A program made the position numbers and the translations under genes. This document shows positions 18,416-27,077 of a stretch of DNA of 64,000 bases, in pieces (within the stretch, counting starts at the first letter, position 1; each line of letters starts with the position of its first letter). Below the pieces are notes generated by a model that worked only from the letters and a program-made list of their open reading frames with translations, made no database searches and was not told the DNA's origin. Source of the stretch: Candidatus Gorgyraea atricola (GTDB lineage Bacteria > Omnitrophota > Gorgyraeia > Gorgyraeales > Gorgyraeaceae). The DNA lies in NCBI GenBank assembly GCA_030765235.1, contig JAVCCW010000018.1, positions 25,465 through 89,464 on the forward strand. Reading direction: 5' to 3'.

Positions 18416-18885
18416 GAGGATCTTATTTTTTTGATCAACTTCCTTGTGGAAAACCCTTTTATATAGGGCAGGCTTTTTACGAGGCCACCTAAGGATTGAA
18501 CAAAATCTCCTCCTACGATATCTTTTGCCTTCCAGTCCCCGCCTTTTACCAAAATCTTTGGCTTTATTGCCTTTATCAGATTTAATGGCGTGAGGCTGTT
18601 GAATATTACAATAAAATCCACACATGCAAGCGCTGAAAGCACCTTTGCCCTGTTTTTCTGAGCATTTACGGGTCTTTTTCTGCCTTTTAGCTTTCTTACA
18701 GAACTGTCGCTATTCAGTCCCACCACCAGGATGTCTCCTAAGGACCTTGCCTTTTGCAAATAAGCAACATGTCCCACATGCAGGATATCAAAGCATCCGT
18801 TGGTAAAAACAATTCTTTTTTTACCTTTAGATTTTTTTAACGCCTTTATTACTTCAGGCAGGTTTTTTATTTTATTACAAAGCAT
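18412..18885 (-). CDS. hldE: D-beta-D-heptose 1-phosphate adenylyltransferase (HldE/RfaE domain II, cytidylyltransferase fold)
   Basis: [14 protein letters not shown] HxGH motif; 157 aa. Confidence 0.85.
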   Translation of the reverse strand: MLCNKIKNLPEVIKALKKSKGKKRIVFTNGCFDILHVGHVAYLQKARSLGDILVVGLNSDSSVRKLKGRKRPVNAQKNRAKVLSALACVDFIVIFNSLTPLNLIKAIKPKILVKGGDWKAKDIVGGDFVQSLGGLVKSLPYIKGFSTRKLIKKIRSS

Positions 18886-19440
18886 CTTCTATTATCTCGC
18901 AGACAATGTGTCCGATTATGCTATGGGACTCCTGGATACGCGGAGTACTGTTTGAAGGCACGTTCACAGAGACATCAGCTATCTCTACAAGCGCTCCTTT
19001 TGATTTTCCTATGAGCACAGCTGTTTTCATATTCATCTTCGAGGCCTTTTCTATCGCGCGTATTACATTTTTTGATTTGCCGCTGGTCGATATACCCAGG
19101 GCCATGTCTCCTTCTTTTCCAAGTGCCTCTACCTGTCTTTCGAATATAGCTTCAAAACCATAGTCGTTTCCAAGCGCAGTCAGTGTAGAGACGTTGGTGC
19201 TTAAGGCTATTGCTGGCAGGGCCTCTCTCTCTTTGCGAAACCTGCCCACCAGCTCTGCTGTAATGTGAATACTGTCAGCGGCGCTGCCGCCATTGCCAAA
19301 TATAAGGATCTTGTTGCCCGACTTTACTGTAGCAAGCATCATCCTGGCAAGCGCCTCTATGTTACTGACCTGCGTCTTAATGAGCGCGTTCTTGACCTCA
19401 ATATCCTCTTTTATTAACTCTATTATCTTCTTTTTCATAT
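18875..19440 (-). CDS. gmhA: Phosphoheptose isomerase (SIS domain)
   Basis: [20 protein letters not shown]...; start placed at the Met just downstream of palindrome F. Confidence 0.88.
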
Positions 19441-19450
19441 CAAACCTCCT

Positions 19451-19490
19451 AAAGTAGACAAAACAGACAGTGTCTGTTTTGTCTACTTTA
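19451..19490. repeat. Palindrome family F copy 2
   Basis: aaagtagacaaaacagacagtgtctgttttgtctacttta. Confidence 0.85.
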
Positions 19491-20519
19491 GCCAAAGAAG
19501 ATCTTGGCGATGTTGTATAGTTCCATGTCAACAGTCTTTAGCTTGGCTACAGCAGCTTCTAATGAAACGCCCTTTACCTGGTTGCCTTGTAATGCAGCCA
19601 TCTTGCCATAATCCTTTTTTAGCACCAGCTCCATTGCTTTTATGCCGAAACGTGTGCCAAGCACTCTGTCAAAGGCAGTGGGCGTACCACCCCTTTGTAA
19701 GTGGCCAAGCACTGTGACTCTTGTTTCAAAACCTGTATTTTTCTCTATTGCTTCACCTAATGCATGGCCTATGCCGCCCAGGCGTATATGGCCAAACGCA
19801 TCTAACTTTTCCTCTTGCTTGACAAGTTTACCCTGCTTAAACTTCGCGCCTTCTGCCACTACAACAATGCTGAAGCTCTTGCCCCTAGCGTGGCGCTTCT
19901 TTAAAAGAGCGCATACCTCATCCATATCTATTGGAAGCTCTGGTATCAAAATAATATCAGCGCCTCCTGCTAATCCAGACTCTACAGCAATCCAGCCTGC
20001 GTGCCTGCCCATTACCTCGACTACCATGATCCTGTTATGTGACTCGGCTGTAGTGTGCAGCCTGTCAATGGCCTCAGTGGCAATATTTATTGCAGTATCA
20101 AACCCAAACGTTACATCTGTGCCTGAAAGATCATTGTCAATGGTCTTTGGCGCGCCAACTACACTCAGCCCTTCTTTGTGTAACTTTGATGCTACGCCAA
20201 GCGTATCCTCGCCGCCAATGACTATTAGCGCCTCCAGCCCCATTTTTTTAAAATTCGCTTTTACCTTTTCTACATCCCCTTGTTTTTTATAAGGATTTGT
20301 CCTTGAGGTGCCAAGTATTGTGCCGCCTTTTGGCAATATCCCAGAAACAGACTTAAGGTCTAATTTTTCAGTATTGTTTTCTACTAATCCTTTCCATCCA
20401 TTCTTTATACCTATTACTTCATACCCTTCTTTGAGCGCAAGCCTCACAACTGCCCTGATCACTGAATTTAACCCAGGACAATCCCCTCCTCCTGTTAATA
20501 CACCAACCCTCTTTGTCAT
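19488..20519 (-). CDS. pfkA: 6-phosphofructokinase
   Basis: MTKRVGVLTGGGDCPGLN...GGEDTLG...MGRHAGW. Confidence 0.9.
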   Translation of the reverse strand: MTKRVGVLTGGGDCPGLNSVIRAVVRLALKEGYEVIGIKNGWKGLVENNTEKLDLKSVSGILPKGGTILGTSRTNPYKKQGDVEKVKANFKKMGLEALIVIGGEDTLGVASKLHKEGLSVVGAPKTIDNDLSGTDVTFGFDTAINIATEAIDRLHTTAESHNRIMVVEVMGRHAGWIAVESGLAGGADIILIPELPIDMDEVCALLKKRHARGKSFSIVVVAEGAKFKQGKLVKQEEKLDAFGHIRLGGIGHALGEAIEKNTGFETRVTVLGHLQRGGTPTAFDRVLGTRFGIKAMELVLKKDYGKMAALQGNQVKGVSLEAAVAKLKTVDMELYNIAKIFFG

Positions 20520-20540
20520 TTCAACCTCCGTATAGCAATT

Positions 20541-20665
20541 AAATCCCAAATCCCAATAATACCAATACTACCAAATAAATCCCAATTTCAAAATCCCAAA
20601 CATGGTTTTGGATTTGGGATTTTGGATTTATTTGGGATTTGGTAGTATTTGGATTTTGGATTTTT
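20541..20665. repeat. Hairpin repeat family A copy 2 (about 125 bp, long inverted repeat)
   Basis: aaatcccaaatcccaataataccaatactaccaaataaatccc...catggttttggatttgggattttggatttatttgggatttggtagtatttgg. Confidence 0.8.
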
Positions 20666-20693
20666 CCATTGTTTGGTTATTTCGCGTTCCCCA

Positions 20694-21305
20694 TCAATAT
20701 TTAATTTCGCCTTTAAAACCGCTTTCAGCAGCGTCCTGTGTTTCTTGTTTTGATTGTTTTTTATCTTTTCGCTTATCTCGCTGCGCTATCTTTGAGACAT
20801 GGACCTTTATCGTAACCTTTTCTTCCAGGCCAAGCATCTCCTGCAGCCGTATGCGAATAGCGCCCTGTACCTTCTCAGTAGTCTCTGGTATGTTCACATC
20901 AGAATAAAGCACGACCCTTGCGGTTACGAGGACTCCATTACGGCCTACAGATATGTTTGATCTTATATCTCTTATCTCAGGTATCCTGTGCGTAAGTTTC
21001 TTTACGTAGTCTTCTATTGCTGACAAAGAGAGCGTCACCTGTCCATCCGGGTTCTCAAAGGCAATGGCCTTGTTTTTACGCAATTTTCCTATGGATAGCT
21101 GCGCGATCGATATATTGACGAGTATCAATGCCGCGCCTGTCAATGCCATGCCCATTCTTAGATTTTCTGTCTGCGAGAGGTATTCGATCGCACTCAGCAC
21201 TGAATCAAGAGAAGCGGTTCGAAGAGACAGCGCTATAAGCACTCCTCCTATGATAGAAAAAAACAGTGTATAAATAAAGATTGCGAGGATATTAAAAATT
21301 CTCAT
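20694..21305 (-). CDS. Asp23/AmaP-like membrane-anchored protein (alkaline shock family); tentative
   Basis: N-terminal TM helices then a soluble domain; Lys/Glu-rich tail. Confidence 0.45.
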   Translation of the reverse strand: MRIFNILAIFIYTLFFSIIGGVLIALSLRTASLDSVLSAIEYLSQTENLRMGMALTGAALILVNISIAQLSIGKLRKNKAIAFENPDGQVTLSLSAIEDYVKKLTHRIPEIRDIRSNISVGRNGVLVTARVVLYSDVNIPETTEKVQGAIRIRLQEMLGLEEKVTIKVHVSKIAQRDKRKDKKQSKQETQDAAESGFKGEIKY

Positions 21306-21321
21306 GGTTTACCTCCGCGGG

Positions 21322-22668
21322 TTATCCGCCAAATTTTAATTTCTCTACGTAATCTGTTGCAAAATCTCCCCGTAAAAACAGCGCGTCATTCATTACATGC
21401 TTATGGAACGGGATGGTGGTCTTTGTCGGCGAGATTAAAAATTCGTCCAGCGAACGCCTCATTACCTTTATCGCCTCTTGTCTATTTTTGCCATAGGTGA
21501 TGATCTTGGCTATCATAGAATCGTAATAAGGCGGTATGGTATAGCCTGAATATACGTGCGAATCTACTCTCACGCCAGGGCCGCCTGCTGGCAAAAATAT
21601 CTCTATCTTGCCAGGACACGGCATAAAATCTTTCTCGCTGTCCTCGGCATTTATCCTGCATTCTATGGCAACACCTTTCACCTTTACATCGTCCTGCTTG
21701 TAAGCGAGTTTCATGCCAGAAGCGATCTTTATCTGTTCTTTTACTATATCTATGCCTGTTACCATTTCTGTTACCGGGTGCTCGACCTGGATCCTTGTAT
21801 TCACTTCCAGAAAATAAAAATTCTCGTATCTGTCAAGCAGGAATTCTACTGTGCCGGCATTCAGGTAATTACATGCCTTTGCCGCTTTAATGGCCATGTC
21901 ACCTATCTTTTTCCTTAATTTAGAATCCATGGCTGGCGAAGGCGATTCTTCTATTAGTTTTTGATGCCGCCTCTGTATAGTGCAATCTCTTTCCCCGAGA
22001 TGTATCGTATGGCCGTGCCTGTCAGCCAGGATCTGGACCTCAACGTGCCTGGGTCTTTCTATATACTTTTCTAAATATACGTCTGGATTCCCGAATGCTG
22101 CCTCTGCCTCTTGTTGGGCAGTCATGAGCGCGCTCACGAGCCGCACATCATTATGACAAACTCTCATGCCTTTGCCGCCGCCTCCTGCAGAGGCCTTGAT
22201 TATAACCGGGTATTTCAACCTCTTGGCTATTTTTATAGCATCTTCTTTTGTTTTTATAATATCTTTACTGCCTGGTATGACAGGTATACCTATCTTTTGC
22301 ATGGTCTGGCGCGCAGTCATTTTATCGCCGAGAAGCCGCATATTTTCAGGCGTAGGGCCAATAAAGGTAATGTCACATGAGTCGCATATCTCAGCAAAGT
22401 GCGCGTTTTCAGCTAGAAAGCCATAGCCTGGATGTATTGCATCAACATCTGTGATCTCAGCAGCGCTTATGATAGCAGGGATATTCAGATAGCTTTCTGT
22501 GGGCGATGTAGAGCCTATACACACAGCCTCATCCGCTAATCTTGTATGCAGAGATTCCGTGTCAGCTTCTGAATAGACAGCTACTGTGCGAATGTCCATT
22601 TCCTTGCATGCGCGGATCACTCTTATCGCTATTTCACCCCGATTGGCTATTAATATCTTAGAAAACAT
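21322..22668 (-). CDS. accC: Acetyl-CoA carboxylase, biotin carboxylase subunit
   Basis: MFSKILIANRGEIAIRVIRAC...; ATP-grasp motifs; start moved to the internal Met. Confidence 0.95.
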   Translation of the reverse strand: MFSKILIANRGEIAIRVIRACKEMDIRTVAVYSEADTESLHTRLADEAVCIGSTSPTESYLNIPAIISAAEITDVDAIHPGYGFLAENAHFAEICDSCDITFIGPTPENMRLLGDKMTARQTMQKIGIPVIPGSKDIIKTKEDAIKIAKRLKYPVIIKASAGGGGKGMRVCHNDVRLVSALMTAQQEAEAAFGNPDVYLEKYIERPRHVEVQILADRHGHTIHLGERDCTIQRRHQKLIEESPSPAMDSKLRKKIGDMAIKAAKACNYLNAGTVEFLLDRYENFYFLEVNTRIQVEHPVTEMVTGIDIVKEQIKIASGMKLAYKQDDVKVKGVAIECRINAEDSEKDFMPCPGKIEIFLPAGGPGVRVDSHVYSGYTIPPYYDSMIAKIITYGKNRQEAIKVMRRSLDEFLISPTKTTIPFHKHVMNDALFLRGDFATDYVEKLKFGG

Positions 22669-22674
22669 AGGCAG

Positions 22675-22752
22675 AAATCCCAATACTACCAATAATACCA
22701 ATACTACCAAATAAATCCAAAATCCCAAATCCCAAAACATGTTTGGGATTTT
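22675..22752. repeat. Hairpin repeat family A copy 3
   Basis: aaatcccaatactaccaataataccaatactaccaaataaatccaaaatcccaaatcccaaaacatgtttgggattttt. Confidence 0.8.
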
Positions 22753-22755
22753 TCA

Positions 22756-23208
22756 TTATGTCGGTTCCACCATGAACAGCGCTTGTCCGTATTCAACTGG
22801 TTCAGCATTTTCTACCAGCACTTCGACTACTTCACCCTTTACCTCTGACTTTATTTCATTCATCAGCTTCATCGCTTCTATAATGCATACTACCTCGCCA
22901 ACAGCCACGACCTTGCCTATTTCCACGTAGGGCTTTGCATCAGGCGAGGACGATCTGTAAAAGGTGCCTACCATGGGTGTCTTTATGGCTGTGAGTTTCC
23001 TGGCTAATTCTTCTTTTGCTGCCGCGCCTTGATCTGGCCTGATAGTCTGCACTGTCCTTGCTGCGCTCGGATCTTCAGTGATCGCCTCAAAGTTTCCGGA
23101 AGGCGATTTCCTAAGTTTTATCCTCGTGCCTTCCCGTTCGATCTCCAGCTCGGAAAGCCCATTCTCATTCATTAAGTTGATCAACTCTTTGATCTCTTTT
23201 AGGTTCAT
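22756..23208 (-). CDS. accB: Biotin carboxyl carrier protein
   Basis: EAMKLMNEI biotinyl-lysine motif. Confidence 0.9.
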   Translation of the reverse strand: MNLKEIKELINLMNENGLSELEIEREGTRIKLRKSPSGNFEAITEDPSAARTVQTIRPDQGAAAKEELARKLTAIKTPMVGTFYRSSSPDAKPYVEIGKVVAVGEVVCIIEAMKLMNEIKSEVKGEVVEVLVENAEPVEYGQALFMVEPT

Positions 23209-23258
23209 GATTGACCTCTGTTTTTGTCACACTAAAGTGTGACCTACAATGTGAATGA

Positions 23259-23819
23259 TTACGCCCGGCCTAAGTATTTTTTTGTCCTGGTATCTACGAG
23301 GATAGTCTCCCCTTCATTTATAAAAAGCGGTACAAGAACAGTCATGCCAGTCTCTGTTTTTGCGGGCTTTGTCCCTGCCCTGGATGTATCGCCTCTTATC
23401 CCCGGCTCAGTGGATACTATTTTTAATTCAATAGAAGTAGGCAGTTCCAATGACAGGACATTTCCTTTGTGGACCAGCGCGGTTACCTCCAGATTTTCCT
23501 TTAGATAATTTACTGCGTCGCCAAGCTGGTCGCTATGAAGAGACATCTGATCATATGTCTCATGGTCCATGAACTCGTATATATCTTTTGACTGGTAAAG
23601 GAACTGTAAGTTCTTTTTCTCTATGTAGGCGAGCTCGAATTTTTCATTGGGCCTGAATGTCCTGTCTATAACAGCTCCTGTCTTTATATTCTTTAATTTT
23701 ACACGCATGAATGCCCCGCCTTTTCCAGGCTTCACGTGTTTACCGTCTACGATAAAATAGAGTATCCCTCCCATTTCTATGCTCAGTCCGTTTTTTATCT
23801 GATTAAGTGATATACTCAT
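23259..23819 (-). CDS. efp: Elongation factor P
   Basis: KPGKGGAFMRVKLKN. Confidence 0.95.
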   Translation of the reverse strand: MSISLNQIKNGLSIEMGGILYFIVDGKHVKPGKGGAFMRVKLKNIKTGAVIDRTFRPNEKFELAYIEKKNLQFLYQSKDIYEFMDHETYDQMSLHSDQLGDAVNYLKENLEVTALVHKGNVLSLELPTSIELKIVSTEPGIRGDTSRAGTKPAKTETGMTVLVPLFINEGETILVDTRTKKYLGRA

Positions 23820-24724
23820 AACCCCTTTTTACAATCTGATGTTAATACCTTGCACCCATTTTTAGTAACCAGTACGACATCCTCTATTCTGATGCCTCCC
23901 CAGCCAGTCATGTAGATCCCAGGCTCCACTGTTATGACCATATTTTCCTTTAATGTTATATTGCTGTTCTTAGAAATACTCGGGCCTTCATGTGTCTCCA
24001 GGCCTATGCCATGACCCAGGCCATGGATAAAATATCTACCCAGGCCTTTCTTTGATATATATTGCCTAGATATATTATCTATATAGTTAGCCTTGATGCC
24101 TGGCCTGATCTTTTCAATGGCCCTTTTCTGCGCTGCCAGAACAATATTATAAATACGCAGACACTTGCGGTCAATTCTACCTAAAAAAACCGTTCTTGTC
24201 AAGTCGGAATTATATCCGTAATTCATTGCGCCCAAATCTATTACGACCATTTCTCCTTCTTTGATTTTCTTGGACGAAGGGACTGCGTGCGGCATAGAAG
24301 CATTTCTCCCAGACGCGATTATTATATCAAAATCAGCCCTTTTCTTCCCCTTCTTTATTATGTATTGCTCTACTTTATCTTTGACTGATCTCTCGCTGAT
24401 GCCTGGCACTATGCATCTTATCGCGTAGTTCATTATGTCGCAGCCATCCTTGCATGCCTTTTTAATATGCCTTAACTCGTCGCTGTCTTTGAGTATCCTG
24501 AGCGATTCCACGATGCCTTTTTTTGAGCGAATCCTTTTTAGATGCGCGGGGATGGCCCCATTTTTAACGAGGTAGGTTTTTTTATGAGATACGAAAAAGA
24601 CAACACCCCTATCTCTTGTGCCAGTAAGGTAGGTTATGTTTTGCCTTTTTTTAATCCGTAATGAGTCGAGAGAGTTTGATTCCAGCAGCCTTATTAACTT
24701 GCGCCGCCTGTTTATATAATTCAT
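23816..24724 (-). CDS. pepP: Xaa-Pro aminopeptidase (M24 family)
   Basis: HGLGHGIGLETHE; start placed at MNYINRRRKLI. Confidence 0.85.
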   Translation of the reverse strand: MNYINRRRKLIRLLESNSLDSLRIKKRQNITYLTGTRDRGVVFFVSHKKTYLVKNGAIPAHLKRIRSKKGIVESLRILKDSDELRHIKKACKDGCDIMNYAIRCIVPGISERSVKDKVEQYIIKKGKKRADFDIIIASGRNASMPHAVPSSKKIKEGEMVVIDLGAMNYGYNSDLTRTVFLGRIDRKCLRIYNIVLAAQKRAIEKIRPGIKANYIDNISRQYISKKGLGRYFIHGLGHGIGLETHEGPSISKNSNITLKENMVITVEPGIYMTGWGGIRIEDVVLVTKNGCKVLTSDCKKGL

Positions 24725-24734
24725 AGATAAATAT

Positions 24735-24795
24735 CCAATGCCCAATTACCAATGACCAATAAATTCCCAATTACCAATTTCCAATTGGTCATTGT
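24735..24795. repeat. Hairpin repeat family D (CCAATTA/TGGTAAT heptamer-like units)
   Basis: ccaatgcccaattaccaatgaccaataaattcccaattaccaatttccaattggtcattg. Confidence 0.7.
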
Positions 24796-24803
24796 ACTGC
24801 GTG

Positions 24804-25244
24804 TTATTTCTTCTTTGCTAATTTAATCGCTGCCTCAAGGCCATACAGGTAACTATCCATGCCAAAGCCTGATATCTGGCCTTTTACCACAGAGGCAGTA
24901 AGTGAGATATGCCTAAAATCCTCTCTTGCGTATATATTTGAAAGGTGTACCTCTATAGCTGGGATCCCGGTAGCCAATATTGCGTCTCGGATCGCAATGC
25001 TCGTATACGTATAGGCCGCGGGATTAATAAGCAGTACCTTGTATTTCTTCTTGGCTTTGCCTATCTTATCAACGATCTCGCCCTCGTGATTTGACTGGAA
25101 GATGTCCAGACTCACGCCCTTTTTCTTGGCAATCAAGCGAAGTTTTTTATTGATCTCTTCTATCGTGACCACGCCGTAAATACCCGGCTCTCTCTTGCCC
25201 AATAGATTCAGATTCGGACCATGGATAACTAATATTTTTGTCAT
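24804..25244 (-). CDS. aroQ: 3-dehydroquinate dehydratase, type II
   Basis: MTKILVIHGPNLNLLGKREPGIYG. Confidence 0.95.
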   Translation of the reverse strand: MTKILVIHGPNLNLLGKREPGIYGVVTIEEINKKLRLIAKKKGVSLDIFQSNHEGEIVDKIGKAKKKYKVLLINPAAYTYTSIAIRDAILATGIPAIEVHLSNIYAREDFRHISLTASVVKGQISGFGMDSYLYGLEAAIKLAKKK

Positions 25245-26215
25245 TGCAACCTCCCTACTTGTTGCTCTTTTACCTCTATTGGATATAGTAAGTTTAATAA
25301 ACCCCCGATGATGCTATATATGATGATCACGCCCAGCCATAAAATAGACACGGCAAAGGCAGCATCTGTACCAATATCCCCTTTCAAAAAATAGACAAAG
25401 GCCCCTTCCCTGACACCCAGCCCGTTCAAAGAAGGCAGCATGCTGATGGCCCAGACAAGAGGCACGATAAGAAACAACTTGACCAGAGGGACATTGCCGC
25501 CTAAAAATAACACAAAAAAATAGACACTCAATATGGCCCCTGCCTGGCCCAAAAAGGATATCAGAAGCGCCTTTGTCAGTATCTTTGGTGAACTCTTGTA
25601 GAGACTGATGGCATCGCGTAATTTTGAGATATGTGCCATTATCTTAGTCACTATGCCTGGCTTTGCGGATCCGGTGTTATCTGCCCCGGCTTTTTTATTC
25701 AATAAAATGCCGACCACTACTATCGCTATGCCTGACATGCCGATGACAGCCCAAAAGATCCTGTCGTTTTTAAATTTATCCCCCATAAAAATAATGCCGG
25801 TCAATGTGATGAATAATAGCGCGACGACCCCGCACAGCCTGTCAGCCAGCACTGCCGCATATGAACCTACTTTATTATGCGTCTTTTTAGAGGCATAATA
25901 TGCCTTTACTATGTCTCCACCTACAGCTGTCGGCAGGAAATTATTGAAGAAATACCCTATGTACGTCAGATAGAGAAAATCTTTCATGGACAGGAATATC
26001 TTTTGGCCTGTCATCAAGATCTTAAGCCTGTAGGCCAGAATCGGTGAAAGAGGTATACTGACACATAGCGCTAGTATCAGAAACATCTTGTTTGATCTTT
26101 TTATGATGTCTAAAATATTGCCTATATCGCCCCGCATCATCCACAATAGTCCTGCCAAAAGTCCAAAACTTATCAAAAATCTTATGAAAAACGATATTTT
26201 ACTTTTATTTATCAT
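25241..26215 (-). CDS. UPF0104/LPG-synthase-TM-like flippase-like membrane protein
   Basis: Polytopic membrane protein, 324 aa. Confidence 0.55.
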   Translation of the reverse strand: MINKSKISFFIRFLISFGLLAGLLWMMRGDIGNILDIIKRSNKMFLILALCVSIPLSPILAYRLKILMTGQKIFLSMKDFLYLTYIGYFFNNFLPTAVGGDIVKAYYASKKTHNKVGSYAAVLADRLCGVVALLFITLTGIIFMGDKFKNDRIFWAVIGMSGIAIVVVGILLNKKAGADNTGSAKPGIVTKIMAHISKLRDAISLYKSSPKILTKALLISFLGQAGAILSVYFFVLFLGGNVPLVKLFLIVPLVWAISMLPSLNGLGVREGAFVYFLKGDIGTDAAFAVSILWLGVIIIYSIIGGLLNLLYPIEVKEQQVGRLQ

Positions 26216-26232
26216 AATAACTTCCTCTTCCT

Positions 26233-26264
26233 CTTGTAGGCCAGGTTTAAACCTGGCCTACAAG
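26233..26264. repeat. Palindrome family G copy 1 (TGTAGGCCAGGTTTAAACCTGGCCTACA)
   Basis: Perfect palindrome centred on GTTTAAAC. Confidence 0.85.
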
Positions 26265-26270
26265 AGGGGG

Positions 26271-27077
26271 TTACCACAATAGTAATCCCCCGTAGCCCAC
26301 AACAGATGTATAATCGCCAGAGATATCCCCGCTTGTCTGATACTTTACGAGTCCGGCCTTTTCAGCGCCTAGATTTTTACATACGCTTATAAGAGTGCAT
26401 GTCGGCGCAACTCCGCACATCGATATGTTAAGCTCTTTTACGACCTGAAAGAGCCTCTCCTCATCGAGCGCCAGTATGGCATTTATGGCGAGCCTGTCTT
26501 TTTCCTCCGCGCTATCTCTTGATTCATAGTGCGTAAAATCCGTACTCGCTATAAAAATAGCGGATCTCCCTATCTTTTTAAATCCTTCTGCTATTTCCTT
26601 TCCTATCTGCTGATATTGTGCGAGATCCCCCTGAGAGATAGTTATGGGCACTATTTTTATGTCCTTTTTCAGATACTGCAAAAAAGGCACCTCTACTTCT
26701 ATGGAATGCTCATTTAAATGCGAAGCGCTGTCCTCTTTTAGAAGCGTACTTCCTTTTAATATAGACTCTGCGATCTCAGTATCTATCTTTGCCTCTCCCA
26801 AGGGGGTTTCCCATGTACCCTTGGTCATTATAGCAAATGGCTTTCCTGATCCAGTGTGGTTTGTCCCTAATATTATGGCTGTCTTTTTTAGCTCTACCTT
26901 TGATATCACAGCTCCCGCTACAGAACCAGAATAGATATAACCTGCGTGAGGCAGAATGGCACCTTTTATTTCCTGTTTTTCCGCCTCAAGATCTATCATC
27001 CCGGAAAGCATCTTATTTAGAGCTACTGTTGTCTGCGGATAGAACTGACCAGCTACGATAGGTTTTCTTCGCGTCAC
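26271..27077 (-). CDS. AmmeMemoRadiSam system protein B (MEMO1-like)
   Basis: VAGQFYP...AILPHAGYIYSG. Confidence 0.85.
   Translation of the reverse strand: MTRRKPIVAGQFYPQTTVALNKMLSGMIDLEAEKQEIKGAILPHAGYIYSGSVAGAVISKVELKKTAIILGTNHTGSGKPFAIMTKGTWETPLGEAKIDTEIAESILKGSTLLKEDSASHLNEHSIEVEVPFLQYLKKDIKIVPITISQGDLAQYQQIGKEIAEGFKKIGRSAIFIASTDFTHYESRDSAEEKDRLAINAILALDEERLFQVVKELNISMCGVAPTCTLISVCKNLGAEKAGLVKYQTSGDISGDYTSVVGYGGLLLW

Noticed and set aside
19642-20292. Large plus-strand ORF of 216 aa, and similar ones at 31474..32118, 37000..37491 and 43777..44271
   Set aside because: They are antisense to strongly supported genes (pfkA, the HPS fusion, RACo, the M16 peptidase), and their translations are low-complexity Ser/Pro-rich.
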